A stretch of DNA of 64,000 bases from an uncultured Pseudomonadales bacterium (GTDB taxonomy: Bacteria; Patescibacteriota; Microgenomatia; UBA1400; UBA1396), in assembly GCA_964511175.1 (NCBI GenBank), contig CAZEEI010000002.1, positions 66,063-130,062 of the forward strand, given 5' to 3'. The position numbers and the translations under genes were made by a program. The notes beneath the pieces were generated by a model. That model saw only the letters and a list, made by a program, of their open reading frames with translations, did not search any database and was not told the origin of the DNA. Positions 50,301 through 59,110 of this stretch are shown here, in pieces; position 1 is the first letter of the stretch, and each line of letters starts with the position of its first letter.

Positions 50301-51694
50301 GCAAATGGTCCCAAATTTGGTCGCGGCAGTTAATTATTCCGGTTGTCTTGGTGTTACTTGGTATCTTTTTGCGCAGTTGGCAATATTGGTCTTTACCCGT
50401 GATTGGCGAGACCCAAGATGAAGCAGCCTGGACGATGCTTGGCGCCAGCTTGCTACAAACTGGCCAGCCAGCTAGTTGGTCTTTTTTTGCGGGTTACCAG
50501 ACTTACGCCGTACTAGAAAGTGATGGCGCCAAGTTTCGGGTAGTTCGTCCGGTTTTGGATCACCCGCCGTTATTTAGTTTACTGCCAGGTGCCGTCCAAA
50601 CCATCATGGGCCATCCTTGGTTAAGTATCCCGTCAATCAAATTGGCGCGTTTCCCCCTCATCGTACTTGGTGCGCTGAATTTGATTCTTTTCGCCGTTTG
50701 GCTTTATCGTTTACCAACCAAAATGATTGGTAATTTTGGTCGAGCGGCGGCCCTCCTGGTTTGGGCGACTGCCCCCAGTTTTGTTCTGCTTTCCCGTTTA
50801 GTAGTGAGTGAAAACTTAATCGTTACTGGAACGCTAGGTTTATTATTAGCCACCACAATTAAATCAGCCCGCGGTCGGTGGCTACAGTGGGTAATTTTGC
50901 TTTTACTACCGCTGACCAAAATATCTGGTCTGGCGCTAGCCGCTGGCGAAGTAGTAGCCAATTGGTTAATCCAGCCTACTCGCCGTTGGTCGGTAATAAT
51001 CGTTGCCGCCGCTGGTTTGGGTTTACTATTACTTTACGCAGGGCTAATCGACTTTAATCTATTTTGGCAAATTCAGGTACAACAAGCCCAACGCGATACC
51101 GGTTTATTAACCCTGTTTAGTTCCCAGCTCTGGCAGCCGACCCTAGTCCAAAAGCAGTTCGCCGATGTTTGGATTACGCTGGGTTATCTAGCCACCTTTG
51201 GTTGGCTGTTATTGAGCGCCAAAGAAGATAAACACGAAAGGCAATTGGCAATCCTTTTTATAGCACAATTGTCGTTTATGGTTCTCAGCGTTGGTGAGTT
51301 AACAGTACATGGTTGGTACCGGATTGTTTTATTGCCGTTTTTTGCTTACAGTCTAGGTTGGCTGGCCGAACGAGTTAACCGGGAACAAAACTGGTTAGGT
51401 TTAGCACTGGCTTGGTTATTAATGATGCCGGTAGTACGCTTGGGTTGGCTATCTTGGGACAATCAGTCCTTATTTGCCCATCAAGCTGTAGCGGGCAAAG
51501 TGATATTACTTTTAGCGGGCGTTAGCTTAGCGGGGATGACCTTCCCCCTGATTTGGCGTCGTCGTCTTTGGCAGGGATTGGGTTTGGTCTTGGTGCTGGC
51601 GGTTCTTTCTAGTAACATACTGACGATACTCTGTTTGCGCGATACTACCCTGTGGCAAGACGCGCTATATTTGGAGCAAGGTATTCGACCTTAA
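50297..51694 (+). CDS. GT-C membrane glycosyltransferase
   Basis: QDE, DHPPLF, SRLVVSEN; polytopic. Confidence 0.75.
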   Translation: MSKWSQIWSRQLIIPVVLVLLGIFLRSWQYWSLPVIGETQDEAAWTMLGASLLQTGQPASWSFFAGYQTYAVLESDGAKFRVVRPVLDHPPLFSLLPGAVQTIMGHPWLSIPSIKLARFPLIVLGALNLILFAVWLYRLPTKMIGNFGRAAALLVWATAPSFVLLSRLVVSENLIVTGTLGLLLATTIKSARGRWLQWVILLLLPLTKISGLALAAGEVVANWLIQPTRRWSVIIVAAAGLGLLLLYAGLIDFNLFWQIQVQQAQRDTGLLTLFSSQLWQPTLVQKQFADVWITLGYLATFGWLLLSAKEDKHERQLAILFIAQLSFMVLSVGELTVHGWYRIVLLPFFAYSLGWLAERVNREQNWLGLALAWLLMMPVVRLGWLSWDNQSLFAHQAVAGKVILLLAGVSLAGMTFPLIWRRRLWQGLGLVLVLAVLSSNILTILCLRDTTLWQDALYLEQGIRP

Positions 51695-51709
51695 GAAGGG
51701 GGAGAGTTT

Positions 51710-52636
51710 ATGGCTAGGATTATAGTTACCGGTGGTGCCGGTTTTATTGCTTCGCACGTAGCCGATGCTTACGTGGCGGCTGGACACACCGTGTTTATTT
51801 TAGATAATCTTTCGACCGGTAAAAAGGAATACGTTAATCCCCAAGCTCAGTTTTACCAAGTCGATATTACCGACCGCGAACAGGTTACCCAGGTTTTGCG
51901 GGAAATTAGGCCGGAAGTAATTAACCACCATGCCGCCCACATCCAAGTCGGTCATTCGGTGGAAGATCCCCATTTTGATGCCCAGGCTAATATTTTGGGT
52001 GTACTCAACATTATGGAAGCAGTGAAAGATTTGGGAACAGTGCAGCGGGTTATTATGGCTTCCACCGGTGGTGCCATGTATGGCCACCAGAGCGTGCCTT
52101 TTAACGAAACGATGTTGCCGCAGCCGCTGGCTCCTTACGGTATTTCCAAGCGGGCGGGCGAAATGTACCTTTATTTCTACCAGGAGCAGTACGGTATTCC
52201 CTACGTGGTGCTGCGTTACTCCAACGTCTACGGACCGCGGCAGAATCCCCACGGTGAATCAGGAGTGATTGCTATTTTCTTGGATCGTCTCCTGCGCGGT
52301 GAGCAGCCGATTATTTTGGGCGATGGCAGCCATACTCGTGATTATGTTTTTATTGAAGATGTCGTGCAGGCCAACGTTTTAGCTTTAAGTACCGATCAAA
52401 CTGGTGAATTTAACATTGGTACTAATACCGAAACTAGTACGAACGAAGTTTTCCACAAAGTGATTGCCGCTATGCAGGCTAATGTACCGGAGCAGCATGG
52501 GGAGCCGCGTCCGGGAGAACAAGTACGTAGTGTTTTGGATTATACTAAGGCCCAACGTGAGCTGGGCTGGTCGCCCACCGTGAGTTTTGACGACGGCGTG
52601 GCCAGGACAGTGCAGTACTTTTTAGCGCAAAAATGA
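51710..52636 (+). CDS. NAD-dependent epimerase (UDP-glucose 4-epimerase-like)
   Basis: TGGAGFIAS, STGGAMYG, YGISK, NVYGPRQ. Confidence 0.92.
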   Translation: MARIIVTGGAGFIASHVADAYVAAGHTVFILDNLSTGKKEYVNPQAQFYQVDITDREQVTQVLREIRPEVINHHAAHIQVGHSVEDPHFDAQANILGVLNIMEAVKDLGTVQRVIMASTGGAMYGHQSVPFNETMLPQPLAPYGISKRAGEMYLYFYQEQYGIPYVVLRYSNVYGPRQNPHGESGVIAIFLDRLLRGEQPIILGDGSHTRDYVFIEDVVQANVLALSTDQTGEFNIGTNTETSTNEVFHKVIAAMQANVPEQHGEPRPGEQVRSVLDYTKAQRELGWSPTVSFDDGVARTVQYFLAQK

Positions 52637-53313
52637 ACGGTTCGATTGCCGTCATCATCCCTGCCTACAACGAAGCCGCCACTTTAGGGGCGGTGTTGCA
52701 GGTAGTGCGGTCGCTGGTTTGGCCCGTGATAGTGGTGGATGATGGTTCAACCGATAACACTTACCAGATCGCTCAACAGGCGGGTGTCCACCTTTTGGCC
52801 CACCGCTCCAATTTAGGTAAAGGGGCGGCTATGACCACTGGCGCCGAATATGCTTTTCAACACCTAGGTGCGGCGGCAATCATCTTTTTGGACGGTGACG
52901 GCCAGCATGATCCGCAAGAGTTGCCGCGTTTTGTCGAACTACTGGAAAATGGGGAGCCGGTGGTTTTGGGGGTCCGTCAATTAGGTGGTGCCATGCCGCG
53001 GAGTCGTATTTTGGGTAATTATCTAATTTCGCTGGTTAATTGTTGGTTGTTCGGTGTTCATATTCCCGATATTCCCAGTGGCTATAAAGCTTTTTCACGG
53101 GAAGCCTACCAACAGCTGGATTGGGAGGCCAGTGGGTATCAAGTGGAGATGGAAATTGCCGCCCGCCTAGCAGTTTCAGGCTTATCTTTTGGTGTAGTAC
53201 CGATCAAAACACTTTACTTTGATCTACAGCGTGGTATGAATTTTCTTGATTCCTGGCAAGCCATAATGCACCTGCTGATTTTGCGTTTGCGCCTGCGTAT
53301 ACTAAGAGGGTGA
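52633..53313 (+). CDS. polyprenol-phosphate glycosyltransferase (DPM1-like GT2)
   Basis: IPAYNE, VDDGSTD, NLGKG, DGDGQH, SGYKAF. Confidence 0.9.
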   Translation: MNGSIAVIIPAYNEAATLGAVLQVVRSLVWPVIVVDDGSTDNTYQIAQQAGVHLLAHRSNLGKGAAMTTGAEYAFQHLGAAAIIFLDGDGQHDPQELPRFVELLENGEPVVLGVRQLGGAMPRSRILGNYLISLVNCWLFGVHIPDIPSGYKAFSREAYQQLDWEASGYQVEMEIAARLAVSGLSFGVVPIKTLYFDLQRGMNFLDSWQAIMHLLILRLRLRILRG

Positions 53314-54491
53314 AAGTGTGGTCCAAAGTACTTGGCTGGATAGTTATTTGGCGGGTGGTTTTGCTGATGGTGGCGGGGTTGGCGGCTCGGTATGTGCCAC
53401 TAGTGGTTGATTTTACTCCTTCTTGGACTGTGTTTGGCATGTACGAACCTTATTGGGCCTGGATTTGGGGCAACTTTGATGGGGTGGTTTTCATGTTAAT
53501 CGCCCAGTCCGGTTACTCAGCCGAGCAGTTGCCGTTTTTTCCACTGCTGCCCCTCCTGATTGCCGCTACTCACTACTTGTTGGCTTTGCCGCACTTATAC
53601 GCCGGCATACTGGTTTCTGCCATGGTTTTTTTGGTGGCCCAGTATTACTTGTGGCAATTGTTAAAGCTGGATAAAAAAACGAACCTATACTGGTTGTTGT
53701 TAGCCGTCATGTTATTTTTCCCTACCTCACTTTTTTATACGGCAATTTATGCCGACGCCCTCTTTTTGGCTTTAGCTAGTGCCACGCTATACTACGCGCG
53801 ACGGCAACAGTGGGGGTGGGCGTCGGTAGTGGGAATGCTGGCCGCGCTGGCACGCTTGAACGGTTTGGCGCTAATTGCGGTAGTTGGTATGGAGTATCTC
53901 TTGACACAGTCGCCGCAGCTGGCTAAACACTGGGATTGGCGTTTACTTGGTCAAACGACGGTAAAGGCTTTACAGCCGCGTCGACTTTGGCGCAGCGGCA
54001 TCTTATGGTGTTTACTGATTCCAGCCGCCTTGGTTGGTTACTTAATTTATATCCAGTTGTCTTTTGGCGACTGGCACCTTTTCTTCACCGGGGTGACGGT
54101 TTGGCACCGGGATCACTTAGTTTTCCCACTACAGACTTTTTGGCGTTACTTTAAGATACTGGTACTTTACCCGCGTTGGTCGTTTACCTACGCGGTGGCC
54201 GCGCTAGAGGCCGGTTTTACCGGCTTATATCTGTCGGCAATGGCTTGGTCGTGGGGTAAGATTCGGTTGAGTTATTGGTTAATGATTTTCTGTCATTTAC
54301 TAATTCCGGTGGTAACCGGCACCCTGCAAGGTATGCCGCGTTACGGCCTACACCTCTATCCCTTGTTTCTCATTTACGCTCTATGGCTACACTCCAAGCC
54401 GCGGTGGGTGAAAATTGGTTGGTTGGCTCTATCGGCTTTAATTTCGATCTTTTATCTAGCCGGTTATACACGCGGTTATTTTGTGGCGTAA
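53310..54491 (+). CDS. PIG-V-like (GT76-type) membrane mannosyltransferase
   Basis: WGNFDG, FFPLLP, FFPTSLF...YADALF, ARLNG, PRY. Confidence 0.85.
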   Translation: MKVWSKVLGWIVIWRVVLLMVAGLAARYVPLVVDFTPSWTVFGMYEPYWAWIWGNFDGVVFMLIAQSGYSAEQLPFFPLLPLLIAATHYLLALPHLYAGILVSAMVFLVAQYYLWQLLKLDKKTNLYWLLLAVMLFFPTSLFYTAIYADALFLALASATLYYARRQQWGWASVVGMLAALARLNGLALIAVVGMEYLLTQSPQLAKHWDWRLLGQTTVKALQPRRLWRSGILWCLLIPAALVGYLIYIQLSFGDWHLFFTGVTVWHRDHLVFPLQTFWRYFKILVLYPRWSFTYAVAALEAGFTGLYLSAMAWSWGKIRLSYWLMIFCHLLIPVVTGTLQGMPRYGLHLYPLFLIYALWLHSKPRWVKIGWLALSALISIFYLAGYTRGYFVA

Positions 54492-54493
54492 GT

Positions 54494-55075
54494 TTAAGGT
54501 CGAAAAAGTTTCCGTAACTTAGTTAATTCGGTTTTATTTTTGCTGAGCCGCAAAATCTGTAATGCTATGTCCCAGTCGCGGAAATTTTCTTGAGTTGTTA
54601 AGTCGACAAATTGGTCAAAGGTAAACTCCAGGAGCTTAATTTTTTCACCCACATCAAGTGATGGTGGTTGTATCTGCCGACAGCCTTTGGCGATAAAGTT
54701 ATAAATAGCCCAGTCGATTTTTTCCAGTGGCTGTTCGGCTTGCCAGAGAATCCAGTGGTCGGCAACCATCCCGGCTTCTTCCAAGAGTTCGCGCTGGGCA
54801 GCGGCCAAGGGAGTTTCCTGGGGATCCAGGCGTCCGCCCAAAGTGCCAATGAATGGTTCAACACCCGGCTGGCTTTGTTCGGATAAAATTAGCCGACCAT
54901 CATCGGTGATGGGAATGACACCAACCGTATCGGTACGTCTTACCTTTTCAAAGATGGCCTTACTGCCGTCGAACATAGTTTGTTCCCACTGGTAGATGGT
55001 AAAGACCTGGCCGCTAAACACTTTTTTAGCGTGATTCGGGATAGGTTGACGGGAAAGAGGGCGTTTAAGATCCAT
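54494..55075 (-). CDS. NUDIX hydrolase (ADP-ribose pyrophosphatase-like)
   Basis: GGRLD...AAQRELLEEAG. Confidence 0.9.
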   Translation of the reverse strand: MDLKRPLSRQPIPNHAKKVFSGQVFTIYQWEQTMFDGSKAIFEKVRRTDTVGVIPITDDGRLILSEQSQPGVEPFIGTLGGRLDPQETPLAAAQRELLEEAGMVADHWILWQAEQPLEKIDWAIYNFIAKGCRQIQPPSLDVGEKIKLLEFTFDQFVDLTTQENFRDWDIALQILRLSKNKTELTKLRKLFRP

Positions 55076-55089
55076 AGTGTTTATTTTTT

Positions 55090-55581
55090 TTAAATCTTTT
55101 TATAAAGTGAGTACTGCCGGGTAACGAATCCGGTTTTTTGGTAAAAATCTAAACCCTGACGATTAAAAGACGAACACTGCAAGCTAATATAATTCAAGCC
55201 CAGATTGCGCAAGAAAGTTTCCACCTCAGTCATTAGTTTTTGGCCGACACCCCTGCGGCGATAATTAGGGCTGACGTATAGCTCAATAACCTCGCCGTAT
55301 TTAGTAATATTGGTGTCAAAATAATGGTCGGTGACTTTTTTGAAAGTGACAAAGCCAATCAGTTTGCTACCGCTTTCGGCTAATAAAACGTAAGGATCAC
55401 TCTTAGTAATGGCTTTTTTGAGATACTGTGTGAACTTCCGATTCAATTGTGGGGAACTGGGCACATAGTAAACCGGATCGAGGTCGTAGTGGTAATCGCA
55501 TTGACCCTGCCAGAGAGTAAGCAAATCCGGTAAATCACTAAGGCTGGGTTTCCTAATATTGATTTTATAGTCGCGGCTCAT
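55090..55581 (-). CDS. GNAT family acetyltransferase
   Basis: LYVSPNYRRRGVG motif A; N...FYQKTGF. Confidence 0.92.
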   Translation of the reverse strand: MSRDYKINIRKPSLSDLPDLLTLWQGQCDYHYDLDPVYYVPSSPQLNRKFTQYLKKAITKSDPYVLLAESGSKLIGFVTFKKVTDHYFDTNITKYGEVIELYVSPNYRRRGVGQKLMTEVETFLRNLGLNYISLQCSSFNRQGLDFYQKTGFVTRQYSLYKKI

Positions 55582-55583
55582 AG

Positions 55584-55904
55584 TTATTTGGTGAGTTTGG
55601 CCAAATATTCTCTACCCAGGAAAAGCCCGCCGATAACCATCAAGAGAACAGATAAAATCATTGATTCCCAACGAGAGAAAATCAACAGCAACAATCCCAC
55701 AGCGATAAAAACCAATCCTCCCAAGCGTTCGTATTTCCAGGCAAGAGCGGTCAACAGAGCCAAGATGAAATTGGGGATTAAGTGCATTAATAAAGCGATG
55801 GGCCATTGGGGTTGATCAAAAACATCCAGGGCGAATAAAGCGAGGAAGGCATTAAATAAGATTGCTAGGACGCGGGGGAGGTAGTAGAGAGTTTTTTTGA
55901 GCAT
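55584..55904 (-). CDS. small 4-TM membrane protein
   Basis: LPRVLAI, FALDVF, MHLIP, AWK; TGG-TAGAAT 6 nt before ATG. Confidence 0.8.
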   Translation of the reverse strand: MLKKTLYYLPRVLAILFNAFLALFALDVFDQPQWPIALLMHLIPNFILALLTALAWKYERLGGLVFIAVGLLLLIFSRWESMILSVLLMVIGGLFLGREYLAKLTK

Positions 55905-55938
55905 GATTCCATTCTACCACTTGGGAAAAATTAACAAG

Positions 55939-56682
55939 TTAGGATGACTTTCTGGTTATCTTTATCCATTTTCCAGCAGGCTCCACTTTTTCTATCATTG
56001 CAAAGGCTTTAGAACCAATTTTATCAGCCATTCTTTGAAGATCATTTGGCTTGCAGCTGATATATAAAACACCACCAGGTTTCGCTAGCATAAGTTGTGC
56101 CTCAAGAGTTTCATCACTAGGTCCAAAAGCATTGACAATAACATCTCCGGTTCCATTTAGGTTCGCAAAATCATCTTTACCGATAAGACCGGTTTGCATA
56201 CTCAATTCTTCCTCTTTTCGCATCGAAGCTTCTACTAACGTCTGGATACGTTCTCTTTGTTTACCGATGTCAAAAGTATCGGTAAATCCCATTTTATTAA
56301 GCTGTGACTCAATGGATTTTAAATCTTCCAGTAACAATTCAAGGTTTACCTGATCGATAATGACTTTAGTATTAGGGGAATGCCCTCTTTCCCTTTGTTT
56401 TTGCGATATTTCTAGTGGAACTAAACTTGAACCATTGCCTAAAAATATTGTTGTTCCACGATTGTCAGTTATATCTTGTACAACCTGATCGCCAAATTCA
56501 TGACCAAACATTTCAAGAGTTCTTGCTGTGATGCCGCTACCCATACTAAAAGCATCAAGTTCATGTTGCGGTCTCAAGGATAATCCATCTAATTCGATAC
56601 CGCTTTTCATGGGGGTATTCAAAGCTATTTGTTGAAGAGCTTCAGAAATTGCGTAGATATCTTTAGGTTGTTCGTCTGACAT
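55939..56682 (-). CDS. orphan protein, possible degenerate SAM-methyltransferase fold
   Basis: IFLGNG, VIID, DVIV, LAKPGGVLYI. Confidence 0.5.
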   Translation of the reverse strand: MSDEQPKDIYAISEALQQIALNTPMKSGIELDGLSLRPQHELDAFSMGSGITARTLEMFGHEFGDQVVQDITDNRGTTIFLGNGSSLVPLEISQKQRERGHSPNTKVIIDQVNLELLLEDLKSIESQLNKMGFTDTFDIGKQRERIQTLVEASMRKEEELSMQTGLIGKDDFANLNGTGDVIVNAFGPSDETLEAQLMLAKPGGVLYISCKPNDLQRMADKIGSKAFAMIEKVEPAGKWIKITRKSS

Positions 56683-56689
56683 AAATATC

Positions 56690-56968
56690 CTATTTTGAGT
56701 TCGATTGCCGCGCTTTATTTAATAATTCCGGGATAAAGTACATAGCCAGTCCAGTTGTTGCCATAATTATCAGGGCAACCGAAAACAAAACACTCATTTC
56801 CCGATGAATATATCTAATCAACCCTAGATCAATGTTAACGATTTCTCCTAAATTAGGATATTTTAGCAACATTCCCGTACTACCCATTATCAAAGTAAGT
56901 AAAACGGTAACCAGCAGGCTCCAACGGTGGATTTTTTTCGATAATAGAAACAATTGTGATAGGGACAT
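56690..56968 (-). CDS. PepSY-TM-like two-helix membrane protein
   Basis: KKIHRW...TG and RYIH...TG repeats. Confidence 0.7.
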   Translation of the reverse strand: MSLSQLFLLSKKIHRWSLLVTVLLTLIMGSTGMLLKYPNLGEIVNIDLGLIRYIHREMSVLFSVALIIMATTGLAMYFIPELLNKARQSNSK

Positions 56969-56969
56969 A

Positions 56970-57356
56970 TTATTTTAAGGTTCCTAGATAGTAGTTGGTT
57001 AATAATTCGCGGGCGGTGTTGGAATGAACCCGACCTTTCTTAATGGAGTTGTAGGCTTGGGTGGCATCTTGGCCGCAAAATTGAATAATATTTGCGCCCC
57101 CGGGGTGCTGATCAATAAAGCTGGTTAGGTTATACACCTTGCCCTCAATGGCCTGCCAGCAATCTGTGGGAGAACTATGCTGCTGCAGTTCGGCTAATGA
57201 ATGGGTAGTAGCTGTACTGAGGGGTAAAGATGAGGTCTGGATACCGCTTTGGTTATTAATCGATCGGGCGTTGCCGGGATAGTGCTGCACGACCAAAATC
57301 AAAAAAACCAGGGCAAACACACATAAAACGCTGCCGATGATGATCTCTTTCTTCAT
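56970..57356 (-). CDS. membrane-anchored cytochrome b5-like protein
   Basis: HSSPTDCWQAIEGKVYNLT, HPGG, CGQDAT, second His RVHS. Confidence 0.92.
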   Translation of the reverse strand: MKKEIIIGSVLCVFALVFLILVVQHYPGNARSINNQSGIQTSSLPLSTATTHSLAELQQHSSPTDCWQAIEGKVYNLTSFIDQHPGGANIIQFCGQDATQAYNSIKKGRVHSNTARELLTNYYLGTLK

Positions 57357-57429
57357 ACCTACTTAAAAGTATACTATACAGAGCCGAATGCGGCGCCGGG
57401 CCTGTATCCTTGTGTTATACTTGGCTGAT

Positions 57430-57636
57430 ATGAGCCGAAAAAAGGAATTATTAAGCGAAGGCGACGCAGATTCAGTTGTTTCCGAAGCGGAAATAAACAG
57501 GGAAATTCGAGAACATTTGGAAAGACATGGATGTGGGGAAACTTTTATTGCTACAGAGTATCGCCGATGGCGATTAGCGGGATATTCTCAACAACAACTC
57601 GAAGAAGATTACGATATGTGTCATATCTGGAGATGA
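57430..57636 (+). CDS. small hypothetical protein
   Basis: TGT-TATACT 8 nt before ATG 57430; 68 aa. Confidence 0.55.
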   Translation: MSRKKELLSEGDADSVVSEAEINREIREHLERHGCGETFIATEYRRWRLAGYSQQQLEEDYDMCHIWR

Positions 57637-57667
57637 TTTTAGAAGGAGATGTTAGGCCATAGCTTTT

Positions 57668-58015
57668 TTACAGTAAGCCACCTTTAAGTAACCTGAATTC
57701 TTTTTTGCTTTCCCAAAGCTTCTGCAACTCTTCAAAATTGGCGTCTGGATCAAGCATGAGTTTTGCTAGCTCATCAATTTGCTTGGCATCTTGTTCGTTA
57801 ATTGGTTGTTGGGCATCAAATAGGCTCTTAGTCTTTGCGCTCCCATCTTGGCGAATGCGTCCAATATAATAACAAACACCAACCAATTTTTGTGATCGAG
57901 AAAGTAACTGAACAAATTTGGTGAAGTTAAGTAGAAGAAGTTTTTGGAGCTTGAGATCCTTAAGCTTGAAGTAAAAACTACTACCATCTATGAGAACAAG
58001 ACATCGTTCACTCAT
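57668..58015 (-). pseudogene. truncated NYN (LabA/DUF88, PIN-like) RNase fused to an unrelated tail
   Basis: LIDGSSFY...YYIG N-terminal half; no EKGVD or SxDxD motifs. Confidence 0.75.
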
Positions 58016-58041
58016 TTACCAATACTACCAAATAAAAGGCG

Positions 58042-58088
58042 AAAATAAAGCCCTGCAAATGTCTTTCGACCTCACAGGGCGGTTTAGT
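58042..58088 (-). ncRNA. putative short hairpin RNA / attenuator upstream of the NYN gene
   Basis: GCCCTG..GTC-GAAA-GAC..CAGGGC hairpin plus TTTATTTT, downstream of a consensus promoter. Confidence 0.5.
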
Positions 58089-58094
58089 GTTCAC

Positions 58095-58123
58095 ATACTA
58101 TCAAATTGATCTGGGAAAGTCAA
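58095..58123 (-). promoter_or_regulatory. sigma70-type promoter
   Basis: TTGACT-N17-TAGTAT on the minus strand, with TG at the extended -10 position. Confidence 0.7.
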
Positions 58124-58208
58124 CCAATCATCTGGTTTCGCTTGGATAGAATCCAAATCTAGTTTGATTGATCAGGTAATTTATCCTTTTTTGATTTTCA
58201 GTACACTC

Positions 58209-58238
58209 TGGAGCTGGGGACGGTACTCAGCTCGAACC
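58209..58238 (-). repeat. degenerate tRNA 3'-end / att-like remnant
   Basis: minus strand reads GGTTCGAG...CCCAGCTCCA; 10/14 identity to the tRNA-Gly 3' end, same orientation. Confidence 0.4.
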
Positions 58239-58331
58239 TGCCACTACCATCATGGCTTTTTCTCAACTTGTATCGTCTTATAACTCCTGAACTGATTTTA
58301 CAACTTGCCACGTTAAAAGATCATTTAGGAA

Positions 58332-58952
58332 TTAAATCTTTTGCCAACCAACTCTAATTGACCACTTTTCAAAAGACTTTTGTCTCTCAAGTCTATCTTT
58401 TGGCGGTTTTTCATTACTTTCTTCAACAAGTTTTCTCTGTTTTGTTATCGTTTCGGATAATGGAGGCAATCCCATTCCTTTTCTAAGAATGTCTACTTTT
58501 TCAGGATTTTCAATCGGATTAGGCGACATTTGGTTATTTTCATCCCAATCAAATTGAGTACCGTAGATTTGCTTTTTTCCTTCAAAAATTCTGATTCTAT
58601 CTTCTAACATAGCTATTTGGTCTAGCGGAACCTCACCTTTGTTTGCTTGGACCTTCAGTATTTTCAGACAATTTCTCTGCAGTTCAGGCAAACTAATGGC
58701 ATGTTGGGCAATAAGCCAAGCATTTCTTGCACCAGTTTCACCAACTAAACTTTTCCCTGGCCAGCCATACTGATTAATAATTTCCAAAAGTCTTTCACCG
58801 TTTCTGTTGTGAACTTTTTCCATTTCAGGGTGATACCCCTCAAACAAACTTCCATCTTTTGCAAGTTCGTCACGTAATCGATAGTCCTCATCTATCATTT
58901 TTTGAAGTTCAAACGAGATAGTTTTCCAATTAGAATCGTAAGGAGTTGTCAT
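58332..58952 (-). CDS. DUF6624-like protein
   Basis: YGWPGKSLVG, AWLIAQHA, AMLEDRI, QIYGTQ, R..MGLPPL; AT-rich. Confidence 0.85.
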   Translation of the reverse strand: MTTPYDSNWKTISFELQKMIDEDYRLRDELAKDGSLFEGYHPEMEKVHNRNGERLLEIINQYGWPGKSLVGETGARNAWLIAQHAISLPELQRNCLKILKVQANKGEVPLDQIAMLEDRIRIFEGKKQIYGTQFDWDENNQMSPNPIENPEKVDILRKGMGLPPLSETITKQRKLVEESNEKPPKDRLERQKSFEKWSIRVGWQKI

Positions 58953-59009
58953 TTATTGTATTCTTATGTAATTTCCTAGTAACTTTGCGGTTATTTCTGT
59001 CACTTTATG

Positions 59010-59080
59010 AGCGGGTGAAGGGAATCGGACCCTCGTATTCTGCTTGGAAGGCAGACGCTCTACCACTGAGCTACACCCGC
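59010..59080 (-). tRNA. tRNA-Gly(TCC), CCA not encoded
   Basis: GCGGGTG/CACCCGC acceptor stem, loop CTTCCAA, U73; TATAAT 13 nt upstream. Confidence 0.95.
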
Positions 59081-59110
59081 AGGGGTTGATTCAATTATAC
59101 AGGATTAACT

